DNA of 64,000 nt, taken from NCBI GenBank assembly GCA_963801355.1, contig CAWDEM010000008.1, positions 1,472,001 to 1,536,000 of the forward strand, written 5' to 3'. How positions within the stretch are numbered: the first letter of the stretch is position 1; every line of letters begins with the position of its first letter. The DNA comes from Ignavibacteriota bacterium (lineage in GTDB: Bacteria; Bacteroidota; Ignavibacteria; UBA10030; UBA6906). Under the pieces are notes generated by a model. It worked only from the letters and a program-made list of their open reading frames with translations. It did no database searches and was not told where the DNA came from. This document shows, one piece after another, positions 1-11,461 of this stretch. A program made the position numbers and the translations under genes.

Positions 1-1918
1 AAGTGTACAATTCCTTGTAGTCCTCCCAATGCGCATTCATTACATCTATTTTCCTTTTTAGTTGTGATGTCAAATCCGGTCCCAACATTCTTATTGTTTC
101 ATACTTGGGCAGAATAGCTTTTTGAATCAAGGGAATTCGTGAAGACTCGAGAATTTCTTTTAAGTTGGCAGTATTGTCAATTTCATTTCGTGCAATACGC
201 ATGATTTCCTGACGATCCCACGATGGACCTGTACCCAATACCGGGTTGGGCTCAGGACTAACATTTCTATTATGCGCAACATCCAATAATGCCTGATAGC
301 CCACAACATTATCAATAGTTCTCACAAGACTGTGAAGAACAGCTAAACGGTTTTTGAGGGCCTCCCATTGTTTAGCGGCTTCAGTATTCGTCTTCTGTCT
401 CAACAACGCATTTATCCGCTGTTCCGCCTTCTCTAATTTCTGAACGACCATTTCATAAACCCGCTGAACAAGAAGTCTTGCACCATACCCTTCAAACATT
501 CTCATTGCTTGAATGTCAATCAAATCATTCGCTTGTTCTTCTCCTTTTGCCTGAAAAATGAATGGACGGTAATAATCCTTTTCATTATCAGCTAAGTTTT
601 CCGGAATCGGTACCAGAGGACGATTGATCCAACGAGCCATGACAGGACCAAACGTAAGGACAGGCCCAAAATCTAAGACCTGTAGATCATTCGAGATATC
701 ATCAAGAGCTAACCATATATCCAACAAATCATCTGCCCCCTCCTTGCCAGCCAGGGTCTTCGCAAACTCTCGCAATACCTGCATTGATTCAACTGCATTG
801 TGTGGTTTTGCCTGCGCAAAAAAATGATACAACTCTAAATTGAGATCTGCTGTGGATGGATCTTCGTAAGAAACCAACAACTTGGAACCAGCGGGTTTCT
901 CTTCGTGAAACCTCCCCACAAGTTGCTTTGCTCTCAACACCGGATTGGGTAGTCCTAATACCGGCAAAAAACCTTCCTTCCCCCAACTCGAAATGCCTCT
1001 GTCAAATTGTTGCCCCTCTGCATTCTTATGATTGCCAATGGTTAATCCATCCGATAATCGGGCAGAAATAAGCTCGGGATGATCAAACGTTTCAATCATC
1101 CACTGCCTTGGAACAATTGGATGAATATTCACCTCTATATGTTTCCCTACTTTTCTGGCTGCATCTCGTAGAGTTTCCAGAAATCCCACCACTCTTTCGG
1201 TCATCGGACGCTTCTGGCAATTTGCATTTCCGTTTTGTCCTGAATACAAAGCAGGTGACCAACAAAAGCCAGAACCCGAATCGGATGTAAGAAACGAAAG
1301 AATCTCAATTTCGGGACAGCGAGCTAACAAGAGCTGCATTGATTCTTTGTACATCGCCAATACTTCAGGCTCATCAACACAGGGGGCGAAGCGTGCAACC
1401 CTGGATCGATTTGGATGATCTACCCGCGCCCCTCGAAGTTCGGGGTGATCTGTAAAAAAAGGCTCAGGCAATACATAAGGTTCATTTGCAAAATAGGCTC
1501 CTTTCATTCCATGCTTGCGAAGAACCTCACAACGTGCCTGAAAGAGTGAAGCCACTTTTTCTGCATAGTCCAAATCAACGTATGGCTGCAATTCCCGAGG
1601 CGGAAAAATCTTCATCAGTCCTGGACGATAAGTATACCACACCGGATAGGGGTCTCCGGGTGTGTCAAACTGCCAGAGCGCAGGAGGAGTGTCAAAAGTG
1701 ATATCGACATGGGTTGCGCCAATTTCCTTCGCTCTGATCACATAAGCTTCAAAACGTTTTAGCTCTTCACTAACATAAGTTGATTCCAGACCCTTGGCGT
1801 TGATATTCGGATCTACCTTTTTCCCTTTTGCATTTTGAGCCTGAGCACTAAATGTTATGACAGATAAAGCTGTCAATAACAGAACCAGGGCTACCTTGGT
1901 ACTTGTTTTCTTTTTCAT
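1..1918 (-). CDS. Secreted hypothetical protein (>630 aa, runs off the window edge); possible carbohydrate-active enzyme of the rhamnogalacturonan locus
   Basis: Absent from the ORF track because no stop lies in the window. Manual translation from ATG 1918 gives MKKKTSTKVALVLLLTALSVITFSAQAQ (signal peptide)...RGARVDHPNRSRVARFAPC...DSGSGFCWS...HWEDYKELYT, open to base 1. Confidence 0.85.
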   Translation of the reverse strand, partial: MKKKTSTKVALVLLLTALSVITFSAQAQNAKGKKVDPNINAKGLESTYVSEELKRFEAYVIRAKEIGATHVDITFDTPPALWQFDTPGDPYPVWYTYRPGLMKIFPPRELQPYVDLDYAEKVASLFQARCEVLRKHGMKGAYFANEPYVLPEPFFTDHPELRGARVDHPNRSRVARFAPCVDEPEVLAMYKESMQLLLARCPEIEILSFLTSDSGSGFCWSPALYSGQNGNANCQKRPMTERVVGFLETLRDAARKVGKHIEVNIHPIVPRQWMIETFDHPELISARLSDGLTIGNHKNAEGQQFDRGISSWGKEGFLPVLGLPNPVLRAKQLVGRFHEEKPAGSKLLVSYEDPSTADLNLELYHFFAQAKPHNAVESMQVLREFAKTLAGKEGADDLLDIWLALDDISNDLQVLDFGPVLTFGPVMARWINRPLVPIPENLADNEKDYYRPFIFQAKGEEQANDLIDIQAMRMFEGYGARLLVQRVYEMVVQKLEKAEQRINALLRQKTNTEAAKQWEALKNRLAVLHSLVRTIDNVVGYQALLDVAHNRNVSPEPNPVLGTGPSWDRQEIMRIARNEIDNTANLKEILESSRIPLIQKAILPKYETIRMLGPDLTSQLKRKIDVMNAHWEDYKELYT

Positions 1919-1938
1919 AAGAATGATAGTTGGACTAC

Positions 1939-4675
1939 TTATTTTTGTTCAGAATTTGCATCCTGGATTCTCGGGTTGTCTTCAGGAAGTTCACTACCAA
2001 CCATCTGCAGTAGTTCAATGGCATTCAGACACCACTGGGCGGTGTTGTTGGTGGAAACCCCTTTCACTTCATAGACGGGCCGCAAACTTTCAATGCCATC
2101 AAATTTTTGCATATGGAAATCAGTATGGTAATATCTCGCTTTTGCGTTAAAAAACTGATCCCATGCTCTCTTTGCATAAGCCATGTCACCCGTTACCGTA
2201 GCATAGTATGCGGGAAGTCGGGCATACCATGACCCGGGTTCACCCAACGCAACGTCTCTCCCAAATTCCTTTTCAACTTCTTCTTTGGGAGATCCATAGA
2301 ATCTGCAGAACTGCAGCCAGAGTTTGTCCCATGTCTTGTTGTGAAGAAGACGGCTGCATTCAAAAACCACTTCAGGTCCGCCCATCAAAACAGACAAGTG
2401 TGATGCGCCAATGTCATTCTCATTCAGTTGATACACTTTGCAGGTTTTCGGATCGTATCCGAAGGCACCGCTTTTACCGGAGAAGAATCCATAGGGCATT
2501 TCACTAAAGCTGTTCACACCTGCCATAATCCTGTCACGGTACCGAGCATCGCCGGTACGTTCCCATTCGGTCATCCAGTTGCCTACCAGCGCCAACCAAT
2601 CAGGACCAACACGAATGTGCGTCGGGTATGTACTCTTGTTCAAGATTTGACGCAGCGGGTCAATCCTGCCTATTGCTTCATTCGAAGCATCCACAACCGC
2701 ATGCATTAAATCCCCAGTGCGTTCATCAGTAGTCAAATAATAATAGAAACGACCTAAGGCAGCTTGAGAAATACGTACTTCTTTCGCGCCATCTCCCCAA
2801 TGGATAACATTATGGCGCGAGCCCAATCCTGTAAAACGTCCCAGATGATAAACATCTACTTCACCGGTATGACGAGTCATCGCCTCAGCCATGCGGAAAA
2901 TATCCTCCCGACCCGTTCGCAAATAACTGTAACCACAACCACATATTGGGCATCAATTCGGTATTGTCCCAGGCAAAGCCGCCCATGTCGTATTTCCAGG
3001 TGTGCCTTTGGGGGTCGTAACTATGTTGTATGTCTCCATAATTCCAGAAACCGTACCAATGCCTTTGTTCCACTTCCAATTTACAGTATTTAATAGCCAT
3101 GTCGAGTTGATCTTCAATCCAGCGTTTTCCTTTTGTGCTGTGGTCAGGCAGGCTCCAAATGCCGAATACCGGGATACGGTGTATGTATTCAGGAGAAGCT
3201 GCAAGCAAAGGCGGTTGATATCCGAGCTGCGATATTTCATGCAGTGTGTTATAGGACGGCACCTTGGTCGAGGCATACAACAGTATTTCAGAAGTGCGTG
3301 CGATACCGGTTGCTGTGCTGAACCCCGGCTGTACATCTTCGTAACTGGCGATGAGATCATGACCCCAGGCAAGAGTATCGTAGCTTCGCATGTCCATTGC
3401 TTCTGCTTCCGGCGACCACAGCCAAGCTTTCAGCTGAGCGGTATCTTTTTTTACGTCTCGAATTTCCAACTCTGACGGAAATGATTGCCAGAAATTACGA
3501 ACGCATATCGCCAATCCCCCCGATACATCGCCTGCGAAAGCCATTCCTGTAGAACGTTCACCGTATCCAGCATCAATCCATGCGCTTGCATCGTTGGTCC
3601 TCTTTTGAACTCTAAATCCATCCGCATTCGATTGTTTCAGCTTGAAGTCGTTCCAGCTTGCCCAATGGTCAATCAGAAATTGTTGTCTCTTTGAAAGAGT
3701 TTCGAGTTCGGGAATACGCTCACCGGTAAGCTGTCTGGAATACAACTCTCCTTCATGATCAAGCAGAGACCTCCCGTTGAGCGGCTGGCAAGGTTCAGCC
3801 CACAGCCTACCGTTGTCTCCTGAAAAGCGAATGTGCCGGTTGTACAATTGTTCATTGAGGGGAACATTGAACACCAATCCCAAACCACGGATAAAGTCCT
3901 TCTGCTGATCGCCGTCATAAATAATCGTATGCACCATGCGAATAGATTGTTGTCCCGCGTAAAAATACATCCGGATAATGAACGGCAGCCAGCTCCGGCT
4001 GCCTGATTCCGACACATGCGTGCCTTCGATTCTCACCACTGCCCTGACCGGTCCGTCTTGCTCAACTGTGACTTTTCCGGTATTGCCAATAAACTCTTCT
4101 CCAGAAGGTTGGGCGCCATCTTCCCGGCTTGGTCCATTCTGAAGAAGACAAACCAACCTTCCGCCCGTGGAAATTTCCTTGCCACCCATCTTAATATGTC
4201 GAATGAGTTGCCTGCCACATTTGGGAATATCGCACTGCAAAACGCCGGCATTCACCACAACATCATTCTTGGTCTCAGTTACTTCGATCTTCGCGTGTGG
4301 CGGAGAGACTACGCCTGATTTTTCAGACTCCAATTCAAATGTGCTTCCGGCGTTAGTATCGACCACGGTACACAAGCCCACCCATTTTAGTGAACCGTCA
4401 GGCCAATACGCTAACGGCCATGATTGTACCGGCAGTGCCTGCCCCCGGGCATTTTTCAATGAAAACCCGGCTGGAGATTCAATCTTTCCTTCCGGCAGCG
4501 GCACTCCCCAACTCACTCCCATAGACAGCGACGGCGGATTTCCGCCAAGCCATGACAACTTGATCGGACCGATGTTCTGAGCGAAAACCGGAATCTGTGT
4601 AATACCGCAAACAACTAAGATCCAAACCAATGCTATCTGTTTCTTACTTTCTATATACTGAAAAGGTGAATACAT
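1939..4675 (-). pseudogene. Exo-rhamnogalacturonan lyase (PL26, YetA/PcRGLX-like), split by a +1 frameshift near 2931
   Basis: ORFs 2885-4675 and 1939-2922 join as ...WDNTELMPNMWLW|YSYLRTGREDIFRMAEAMTRH... when one T is removed from TGG-T-TAC. Motifs WYGFWNYGD, GGFAWDN and GLGSRHNV are typical of the family. Confidence 0.8.
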
Positions 4676-4780
4676 TTGTTGCCTCTACCAGTAGATTTCT
4701 ATCGAACCGATTTAGTATCTCCTACAGCAAGAAACGATTCGTACACACTTGATTGTCATCGTATTCCCTTATAACCATTA

Positions 4781-4875
4781 GGCTTCTCTAAAAACAAAGT
4801 GAAGATGAAGGTTGCCTTCCACAAAGACCAAACCCTGGAGAAGGTAACCATCTACTTTAAGTTTTTGGAGAAGCC
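4781..4875. terminator. Long intergenic stem-loop
   Basis: GGCTTCTCTAAAAAC...GTTTTTGGAGAAGCC outer arms, with inner GGTTGCCTTC/GAAGGTAACC pairing. Confidence 0.6.
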
Positions 4876-6510
4876 CTAACGTAATAAGACAAATTGCCTA
4901 ACAATTGAAGTACCATCAACCGTTAGGTGGTAAAAATATACACCACTAGACAGACTGCTTCCGTCAAATTGAACTCTATATGTTCCTCCATTTTCTGTCT
5001 CGTTGACGAGTGTACTTTGTTTCTGAGCCAACAAATTATAGATCGATAATTGAACATGTGCAGAAAACGGGATTTCATAAACAATACTCGTCACCGGATT
5101 GAAAGGATTTGGATAATTCTGATGCAAGACAATGTTAGCAGGTGTGGTGTTTTCAAGTGCTATGACAAAGGTAGGGTAATCGGTTTCCAAGGCACCAATA
5201 TCCGGAGCCTTACCTCCGAAAGGAAATCCAATATCCACCCCTGCATCGATTAATTTGCTGCCGGTAGCTGGTTTCATAAAATCAATATCAGGCAGACTGC
5301 CATCAGGCTTTCGCAGCGCCATCAATTGGGATTCATCAAGACTAACAAAATCTTGATCGGTAATATTGAGGCCCAAATCAAAAGAGTTATGTGAAAGTGT
5401 ATTCTTTGAAGTATCTATATATGCGGTGTCAGAACTCCTTGCTTTATAACTTAGGTTGTTCTCTAGGACATGATTGTAACCGAATTCCCATATGCTGCTA
5501 TCTGCCAGCGGGCTCTCACGGTTAACCATGCTGAAGTTAATATCGTTCTTGTACGCCGTGTTGTTATACCAATAGTTACCATTCAAATGATGGTTGGAGT
5601 AGAACCCGTTTGATTTGTTTCCAACTGCTATGCAGAACGTGATTGTATTTCTCGGAACAGGATTTGGTATCTTACTAGCAGGATCATATGCATATCCACC
5701 TGCTTTGAATCCGTTCCCGTCACCCAATTTTTGAAAAGAAGTCGAATAGCCGTTATAGAATGACCAGCAGCTATCAAAAACGACTGCCGCACCTGACCGA
5801 ATGATATCATAACCATCATCACTATTGAACCAGGAACGGCACCCTCGAAAGACATTCCCCGCACCGCTGGATTTCGGATGGCAGCCGAAACCGTCCGTAT
5901 TGCTGCCAAGTTTGTCTTCAGAAACATTATCCCAGTTTCTATATGAATCACAATTCAAGAACAGATTGTAGCCTCCATCATAGTGTCGTAAGCCTGTCCC
6001 CACGTTGTCATGCATACTTATCTGCTCAAAGATGTTGTGATTCCCCTTGCTATAGATGCAGTAGGATTCCGTGTGCGTGGTTATGGTCACCTGCACACCG
6101 GTCATCTCCAATCCTTTGATGTGAATATAGCTACCTACCACATATATCCCTACTACTCTCTGGTTGGCCGGTTTTACTGCGGAGAAATCGAGAATAGGTC
6201 TTTCTCCAGGATACGCCCAATACTTGATCGTATGACCTTCTGTTCCACTCTTGTCCAAGTAGGTCACGCAGGCAAACAGACTCGACACCACATTTGATAT
6301 TTGGTCCTGCCGAACCCTGTAGATGCCGCCCCTTACATACACCGTGTCGTCAGGTCTCGCCACCTCCTGTGCTTTTTGCATTGATTCAAGTGGCTGCTCA
6401 ATTGTCCCGGGATTTGAATCGTTTCCATCAGGAGCAACATAAATCTGTGAAAGAGCAGAAGCACTTGAAATCATGAAAAGAGCGAGAGCATAGACGCTTG
6501 GTCGTATCAT
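4876..6510 (-). CDS. PL9-like right-handed beta-helix polysaccharide lyase with C-terminal T9SS sorting domain
   Basis: Signal peptide; YVAPDGNDSNPGT, DGFGCH, NSDDGYD and GDGNGFKAGG motifs; C-terminal QNYPNPFNP domain. Confidence 0.85.
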   Translation of the reverse strand: MIRPSVYALALFMISSASALSQIYVAPDGNDSNPGTIEQPLESMQKAQEVARPDDTVYVRGGIYRVRQDQISNVVSSLFACVTYLDKSGTEGHTIKYWAYPGERPILDFSAVKPANQRVVGIYVVGSYIHIKGLEMTGVQVTITTHTESYCIYSKGNHNIFEQISMHDNVGTGLRHYDGGYNLFLNCDSYRNWDNVSEDKLGSNTDGFGCHPKSSGAGNVFRGCRSWFNSDDGYDIIRSGAAVVFDSCWSFYNGYSTSFQKLGDGNGFKAGGYAYDPASKIPNPVPRNTITFCIAVGNKSNGFYSNHHLNGNYWYNNTAYKNDINFSMVNRESPLADSSIWEFGYNHVLENNLSYKARSSDTAYIDTSKNTLSHNSFDLGLNITDQDFVSLDESQLMALRKPDGSLPDIDFMKPATGSKLIDAGVDIGFPFGGKAPDIGALETDYPTFVIALENTTPANIVLHQNYPNPFNPVTSIVYEIPFSAHVQLSIYNLLAQKQSTLVNETENGGTYRVQFDGSSLSSGVYFYHLTVDGTSIVRQFVLLR

Positions 6511-6554
6511 GTTGGGTCTGTGGATGCTGGGTGTGCTCTTGATGATGCTATCAG

Positions 6555-6620
6555 CCGGTTTCTTTCTCTTGGATCGGGGTTGAGAGTAATCACTCTCAAC
6601 CCCTTTTCCAAGAAAACCGG
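6555..6620. terminator. Strong stem-loop (terminator or mRNA stabiliser)
   Basis: GGGGTTGAGAGT-aatc-ACTCTCAACCCC perfect 12-bp stem, extended by TCTTGGA/TCCAAGA and CCGGTTT/AAACCGG. Confidence 0.7.
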
Positions 6621-6634
6621 GAGAACAAATGTGG

Positions 6635-8341
6635 TTACTTGAGGAGCGTCATCTTCTTGAATTCAACAAAACTCCGTCCGCTCGTCCCAGTGGCGCGAAT
6701 ACTATAGAGATACACTCCACTACCCAGCTGAGAAGCATTGAAAATAGCTGAGTGAACTCCCGCTGCCAGATTTCTGTCACTCATTTCAAATACTTTTTGG
6801 CCCAGGATGTTGAATACACTCAAAGTCACTTTTGATTGTTCAGGCAATCCGAATTCGATTGTTGTACTCGGATTGAACGGATTCGGATAGTTGTTGCTCA
6901 GATAGTATTGCCCCGGAACATTTGAACTATTGGATTCAACATCGGTGATGTTTTTCGACGTAATCAACGCCGATGCACTGTCACCCGGAACATAGAGATA
7001 CTTCGCGTTCAACATTGAATCCCTTAGTGCGGCAATATACTGAGTTCTATTGGCCAGGTATATTGCTTTCTTCGCGGGGAACCAGTTCAAGTCGCCGAGC
7101 GGTAACTTGTCTGTACCGGCTGTCAGCAATGTATCATTCGTATAGGTCAGGTTGAATGGCGGCGGCCAATGGAGAACCGGGTTGCCGCCGGTATAGGTGA
7201 TAGGCGGCGTAACACGCCAGTTCGGTGCATTTGTCGGTAGTGCCGGACCCCTGAAGCCCGCAACCCATGCCAGCATACTATCGATGTTATCCGGAGGAGT
7301 GACGAACTTCGGGTCAAATTGCCAGTAGTTCTTGCCGATTTTGAAGTCGTTATCCGCAATGATCGTGGAATCGACGCCTCTGTTCCACAAGAGACATTGA
7401 TAGACGGAATCGCCCATATTGTTCTTCCAGAAATTCGTGAACCGGGGATCCAGGTAGAAGAGGTTGAATCCGTTATAGAGTGAAATGGAATCGAGCCTGC
7501 CCGATACAAGGTAATGGTACTCCCATGTGGTAAAGTAGGTTTCATACCCGTTCGTATTAGCCTTGCGCCCCGTCCAGCACCAATTGTAATAGATGTTATT
7601 TGCCTCCAGGCCAGAGTACCAATGAACTTCATGGCCGGTTGTCTGCATGTTAAGGTATGTATAATGTAATTCTATCATGTTGGATGTGAATTTCTCACCA
7701 CCATTCCCGAACTCTCTGGCCATATTCACAGAGGTGTTGTTCTCCAGCAGTATATCAGGAACGGCTCCATCAAAACGGTGGGGCATGCCCCCGCTCTGGT
7801 TGAACCTGTTTCTAATACCATTGATAAAAATACAGTTGGTAACATGAATTTTCTTTGAAGCTCCGGTACCTTTGATTGCATGACTATCATGGTCGGTGAA
7901 GACGCAATTATCAGCAATAATCGAATCACCGGCCGCATTTTCGATTATTTGGATGAGATAATTTCCATCACCCATGGATCCACTAAACAGAACATTCTTT
8001 ACCGTTATGCTTCCGCCCGCCCTGAGATTGATGAAAGTTCTACCGGTAGTACCGGCGCCCGGTGCCTGCAGAAATACGGGCGGTGTTGCTTGATTGTAAA
8101 GCCAGGTATTGTCATTGCCTTGAATTACCAGGGGAAAATTAACAAACAGGGTCCCGTCAAAACCGTAGATCTGTCCGCTTTGTGCCACATACACTGTCTT
8201 CGCCGGATCATGCGTTCCATTTGCTAGAGTGTCACCGGCAATTTGAATATTGACGAACTTGGCTGGATCGAGTGTCGTTTGAGCCATGGTTACGCCAAAC
8301 CAGCCAACGCACACAGACAATATGAAGAGCAGTTTTCTCAT
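6635..8341 (-). CDS. Secreted beta-helix-like protein with T9SS C-terminal sorting domain
   Basis: Likely start MRKLL at 8341 after an AAGGAG RBS; signal peptide; Asn-rich repeats; NNYPNPFNP C-terminal domain. Confidence 0.8.
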   Translation of the reverse strand: MRKLLFILSVCVGWFGVTMAQTTLDPAKFVNIQIAGDTLANGTHDPAKTVYVAQSGQIYGFDGTLFVNFPLVIQGNDNTWLYNQATPPVFLQAPGAGTTGRTFINLRAGGSITVKNVLFSGSMGDGNYLIQIIENAAGDSIIADNCVFTDHDSHAIKGTGASKKIHVTNCIFINGIRNRFNQSGGMPHRFDGAVPDILLENNTSVNMAREFGNGGEKFTSNMIELHYTYLNMQTTGHEVHWYSGLEANNIYYNWCWTGRKANTNGYETYFTTWEYHYLVSGRLDSISLYNGFNLFYLDPRFTNFWKNNMGDSVYQCLLWNRGVDSTIIADNDFKIGKNYWQFDPKFVTPPDNIDSMLAWVAGFRGPALPTNAPNWRVTPPITYTGGNPVLHWPPPFNLTYTNDTLLTAGTDKLPLGDLNWFPAKKAIYLANRTQYIAALRDSMLNAKYLYVPGDSASALITSKNITDVESNSSNVPGQYYLSNNYPNPFNPSTTIEFGLPEQSKVTLSVFNILGQKVFEMSDRNLAAGVHSAIFNASQLGSGVYLYSIRATGTSGRSFVEFKKMTLLK

Positions 8342-8467
8342 GATGATGCTCCTTGAGTTTTGTTGGATTGGTGTATTGTGGAATTGGTGAGGCTGCAATC
8401 AACCACGTTATTTCTGCGCTACGTCATCTTTCCCATGCTCACGTTTGGGCAAAAAGGATGACTGTCA

Positions 8468-11461
8468 TCAAAACGAATAACGAACTCCCAGATCTCCTGT
8501 CAGACCATAATATTGCACTTCAGACAGTCTTTCCAAAACACTTCTAAATTGACGGTCAGGTCTATCAGTAATATTGTTCACATTCATAAACAATTGAAGT
8601 CCTTCTAACCAGGGAAGTTTTTGATAAGCTGTGAAGTCCCATCTGTAATAGGCGTCCGTATATTGATCGAGTTCCTCTTGTCTTATATCTGCACTTCTCA
8701 GGACATTGTCCTGGTAGAGAAATGACAATCTGGCGGAGAAATCGCCGATATCATAACCCAATGTCAGGTTCAGGATATCATTTGGCTGATCGATCAACCT
8801 GCCGGTTCTGGTTGTATCCACCAGTTTGGATCCGAAGAGGCCGACTTTCACTGACTTTTGATATGGATAGTACGATTCAGAGTTTATGTGGGTATAATTG
8901 ACGTTCAACACCAGACCGCTTAAGAAGGAGGGGAGATACCAGAAGCGGGTCTGCCAGTCAAATTCAACGCCCCTGACATACGATGATTTTTCCAGATTGA
9001 TCCATGTACGGACTTCTGTATCAACACTATAGGCGAGCGGCATCCTGTAATGGATCTTTGAAGGGTCTCTGGTCAACAATGTCATAGGGACAATCAAGTT
9101 GTGTATTTCTTTATAAAAGAATCCGGCTGTGAACAACCCGATATCATTCTCGTGTACCGACAGGTACACATCGTAATTTTGAGTTATTGCGGGGCTGAGA
9201 TAGGGATTACCTAACTGCAAGGTTTGTGGAGTCGCTGCTGTGCTGAAATAGATGTACGGAGAGACGGCACGGTAGTCAGGATAGATTATGCTTCGCGTAG
9301 TGGCAAGACGAAGGTCCAGCCAATCCGTCGGTCTGACACGAATATGAAATTGCGGGAACCAGGTTCCCACTTTCGTGGAATCCCAGTGAATAGTCTTAAA
9401 GTCATATGCCTGGTAACCCAGTATGGTTTGCGTAGCTCTTTCGACCGTGGAATCCGCATCATAGATGTATTGATACCTTTCGTATCGTATCCCCGGCAGA
9501 AGCGTGATAAATGTGCCCAGATTTATTTCAGACATCACATAGAAAGCGCCGAAATGCCGGGTGAAGTCATAATCATATTGGGTGGATGCCTGCGCATTGA
9601 AGAAATAGTACGGATAGGATCGCCCGTCGACCGAACTCACAAAGTAGGTGTTCTTTGCCAATTCCTCCAAACGGCGGATTTTGGCAATGGAAAGCTTGTT
9701 GTAGAAAACATTGTTACTCACCCCTTCCTTGCCTGCAAGAAAATTGCCTATATCATAGTTCGGATCTCCAAACAGAGACGCATAGACAGCATTGTCATCG
9801 CCTATCCCGAGCTCCGGCCAAAGAGAAGTTTTCAAAAGAGGAATAAAGGTAGCTCCGGCGATGTCACTATTCAGACTCAGTCCCGATTGTGTTTCATCAT
9901 TTGATCTTGTGTTGCGGGTATATTTCCCGCCGAACTTGAGGGTACCCGCCAGGTACTCAGCAAAGTTGAAAGGCACATTAAGATCGATGACAGCCGATTG
10001 TGCGGTTTCATCAACATCCCGCTGCAGAGTGTACAATCTCTGCATGATTACAGTAGCTCCGCTGTTGACGTAATACGCGTTCAACAATTCGGTTGGAGTT
10101 ACTGACAAGTCGTCTTTCAGTGAGTCTCCCCACATATTCTGTCCGCCTGTCCTGGGGCCGATCTCCATCCTCAAATCGCCGGGATAGCGTTGCTTTGTAA
10201 TTGAATTGGAAAGTGAAACATTCATGTTGACACCGAAGAATTCAAATTCACCCTGAAGCGCATTACCGATTACCGTATTTGTAAACTCATTGTCCGCTGC
10301 GTAACCACTCCAGTTGTAGTTTGTCAGCGTCAGGCTGTTTTGCTGTACAATCTCATGATTGTTGATGCTGCTGATGAAGTTGTTCAGCATGAGCGAACCA
10401 AATGGTAACCGGTAATCCAGAACCAGGCTGCCGCCCGCTCTCTTTCTGTCGGTCACATTGTCACTTATATCGACATTGTTCAGGAACATCTTCAACAATC
10501 CGCCCTGTATTTCGGACTGTGCATTGGTAAAGTATGCGGCACTCATCCTATCGGAGCTTCTATTATATCTGTCCAGAGAACCTGACGCCTGGACGCCTAA
10601 CTCGTCGTCAAAAAACCGCGCACTGATCAGACCATTAGCTCTGTAATTGCCATAAGTTTTTGCCAATGATCCATACCCCCCTTGAATTGATAAACTACTA
10701 TGCAATTCCTCTTTGGCTTTACCTATTTTAAGGTCAATCGTCCCACCCACCGCATCTGCGTCCATATCCGCCGTGAGTGCTTTTCTCACTTCAATCCCGG
10801 AAAGGATATTCGGATCTATCATGTTCAGGTCCACACTACGATCGTCACGATCTGTAGATTGCATGCGTACCCCACTGACCATCATGATATTGTATTGCGG
10901 CGACATTCCACGGATAGTTACCTTCTGCCCTTCACCACCGCTTCTTATAAGTGATATTCCCGGTAAGCGTGCAATAGATTCTGCTGCATTAGCATCTGGA
11001 ATCTCACGAATGCGGTCAGCCGATACAACATTTGCAATTGTATTTGAAGCCAACTGCTGGTTAATCGCCTGCATTTGACCTTGAGCTTGGGCGGTGATAG
11101 TCACCGTCTCACCGGTTATAGCTGTCGGCTCCAAGTAAACATCTTGTTGAAGTATTTCGCCTTCCTTAATATCAATCTTGACTGCAGTCTTCTTGTAACC
11201 CACATACGAGACCGACAATGTTTGAGGACCCACAGGGACATAATGGATCACATAGTTTCCATACATGTCTGCAGAAGCACCTAAACTGGTCCCCAGTACA
11301 ACAATGTTGGCACCCGGCAATTCATCCTTTGTATCTCGATCGTATACTTTCCCTTTGACGTCGCCTGAATTTGCAGCCATGATTGACTGGGTAATAAACA
11401 ACAGGGCTGCGCAGCAACGAAAAACGGGTGTTCCGAGAAGCCTGCGACGAGAATAGAGCAT
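8468..11461 (-). CDS. TonB-dependent receptor
   Basis: N-terminal carboxypeptidase-regulatory-like domain, plug (AESIARLPGISL...GEG), GNPYLSP motif, terminal YSF. Start at ATG 11461 or TTG 11479. Confidence 0.92.
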   Translation of the reverse strand: MLYSRRRLLGTPVFRCCAALLFITQSIMAANSGDVKGKVYDRDTKDELPGANIVVLGTSLGASADMYGNYVIHYVPVGPQTLSVSYVGYKKTAVKIDIKEGEILQQDVYLEPTAITGETVTITAQAQGQMQAINQQLASNTIANVVSADRIREIPDANAAESIARLPGISLIRSGGEGQKVTIRGMSPQYNIMMVSGVRMQSTDRDDRSVDLNMIDPNILSGIEVRKALTADMDADAVGGTIDLKIGKAKEELHSSLSIQGGYGSLAKTYGNYRANGLISARFFDDELGVQASGSLDRYNRSSDRMSAAYFTNAQSEIQGGLLKMFLNNVDISDNVTDRKRAGGSLVLDYRLPFGSLMLNNFISSINNHEIVQQNSLTLTNYNWSGYAADNEFTNTVIGNALQGEFEFFGVNMNVSLSNSITKQRYPGDLRMEIGPRTGGQNMWGDSLKDDLSVTPTELLNAYYVNSGATVIMQRLYTLQRDVDETAQSAVIDLNVPFNFAEYLAGTLKFGGKYTRNTRSNDETQSGLSLNSDIAGATFIPLLKTSLWPELGIGDDNAVYASLFGDPNYDIGNFLAGKEGVSNNVFYNKLSIAKIRRLEELAKNTYFVSSVDGRSYPYYFFNAQASTQYDYDFTRHFGAFYVMSEINLGTFITLLPGIRYERYQYIYDADSTVERATQTILGYQAYDFKTIHWDSTKVGTWFPQFHIRVRPTDWLDLRLATTRSIIYPDYRAVSPYIYFSTAATPQTLQLGNPYLSPAITQNYDVYLSVHENDIGLFTAGFFYKEIHNLIVPMTLLTRDPSKIHYRMPLAYSVDTEVRTWINLEKSSYVRGVEFDWQTRFWYLPSFLSGLVLNVNYTHINSESYYPYQKSVKVGLFGSKLVDTTRTGRLIDQPNDILNLTLGYDIGDFSARLSFLYQDNVLRSADIRQEELDQYTDAYYRWDFTAYQKLPWLEGLQLFMNVNNITDRPDRQFRSVLERLSEVQYYGLTGDLGVRYSF

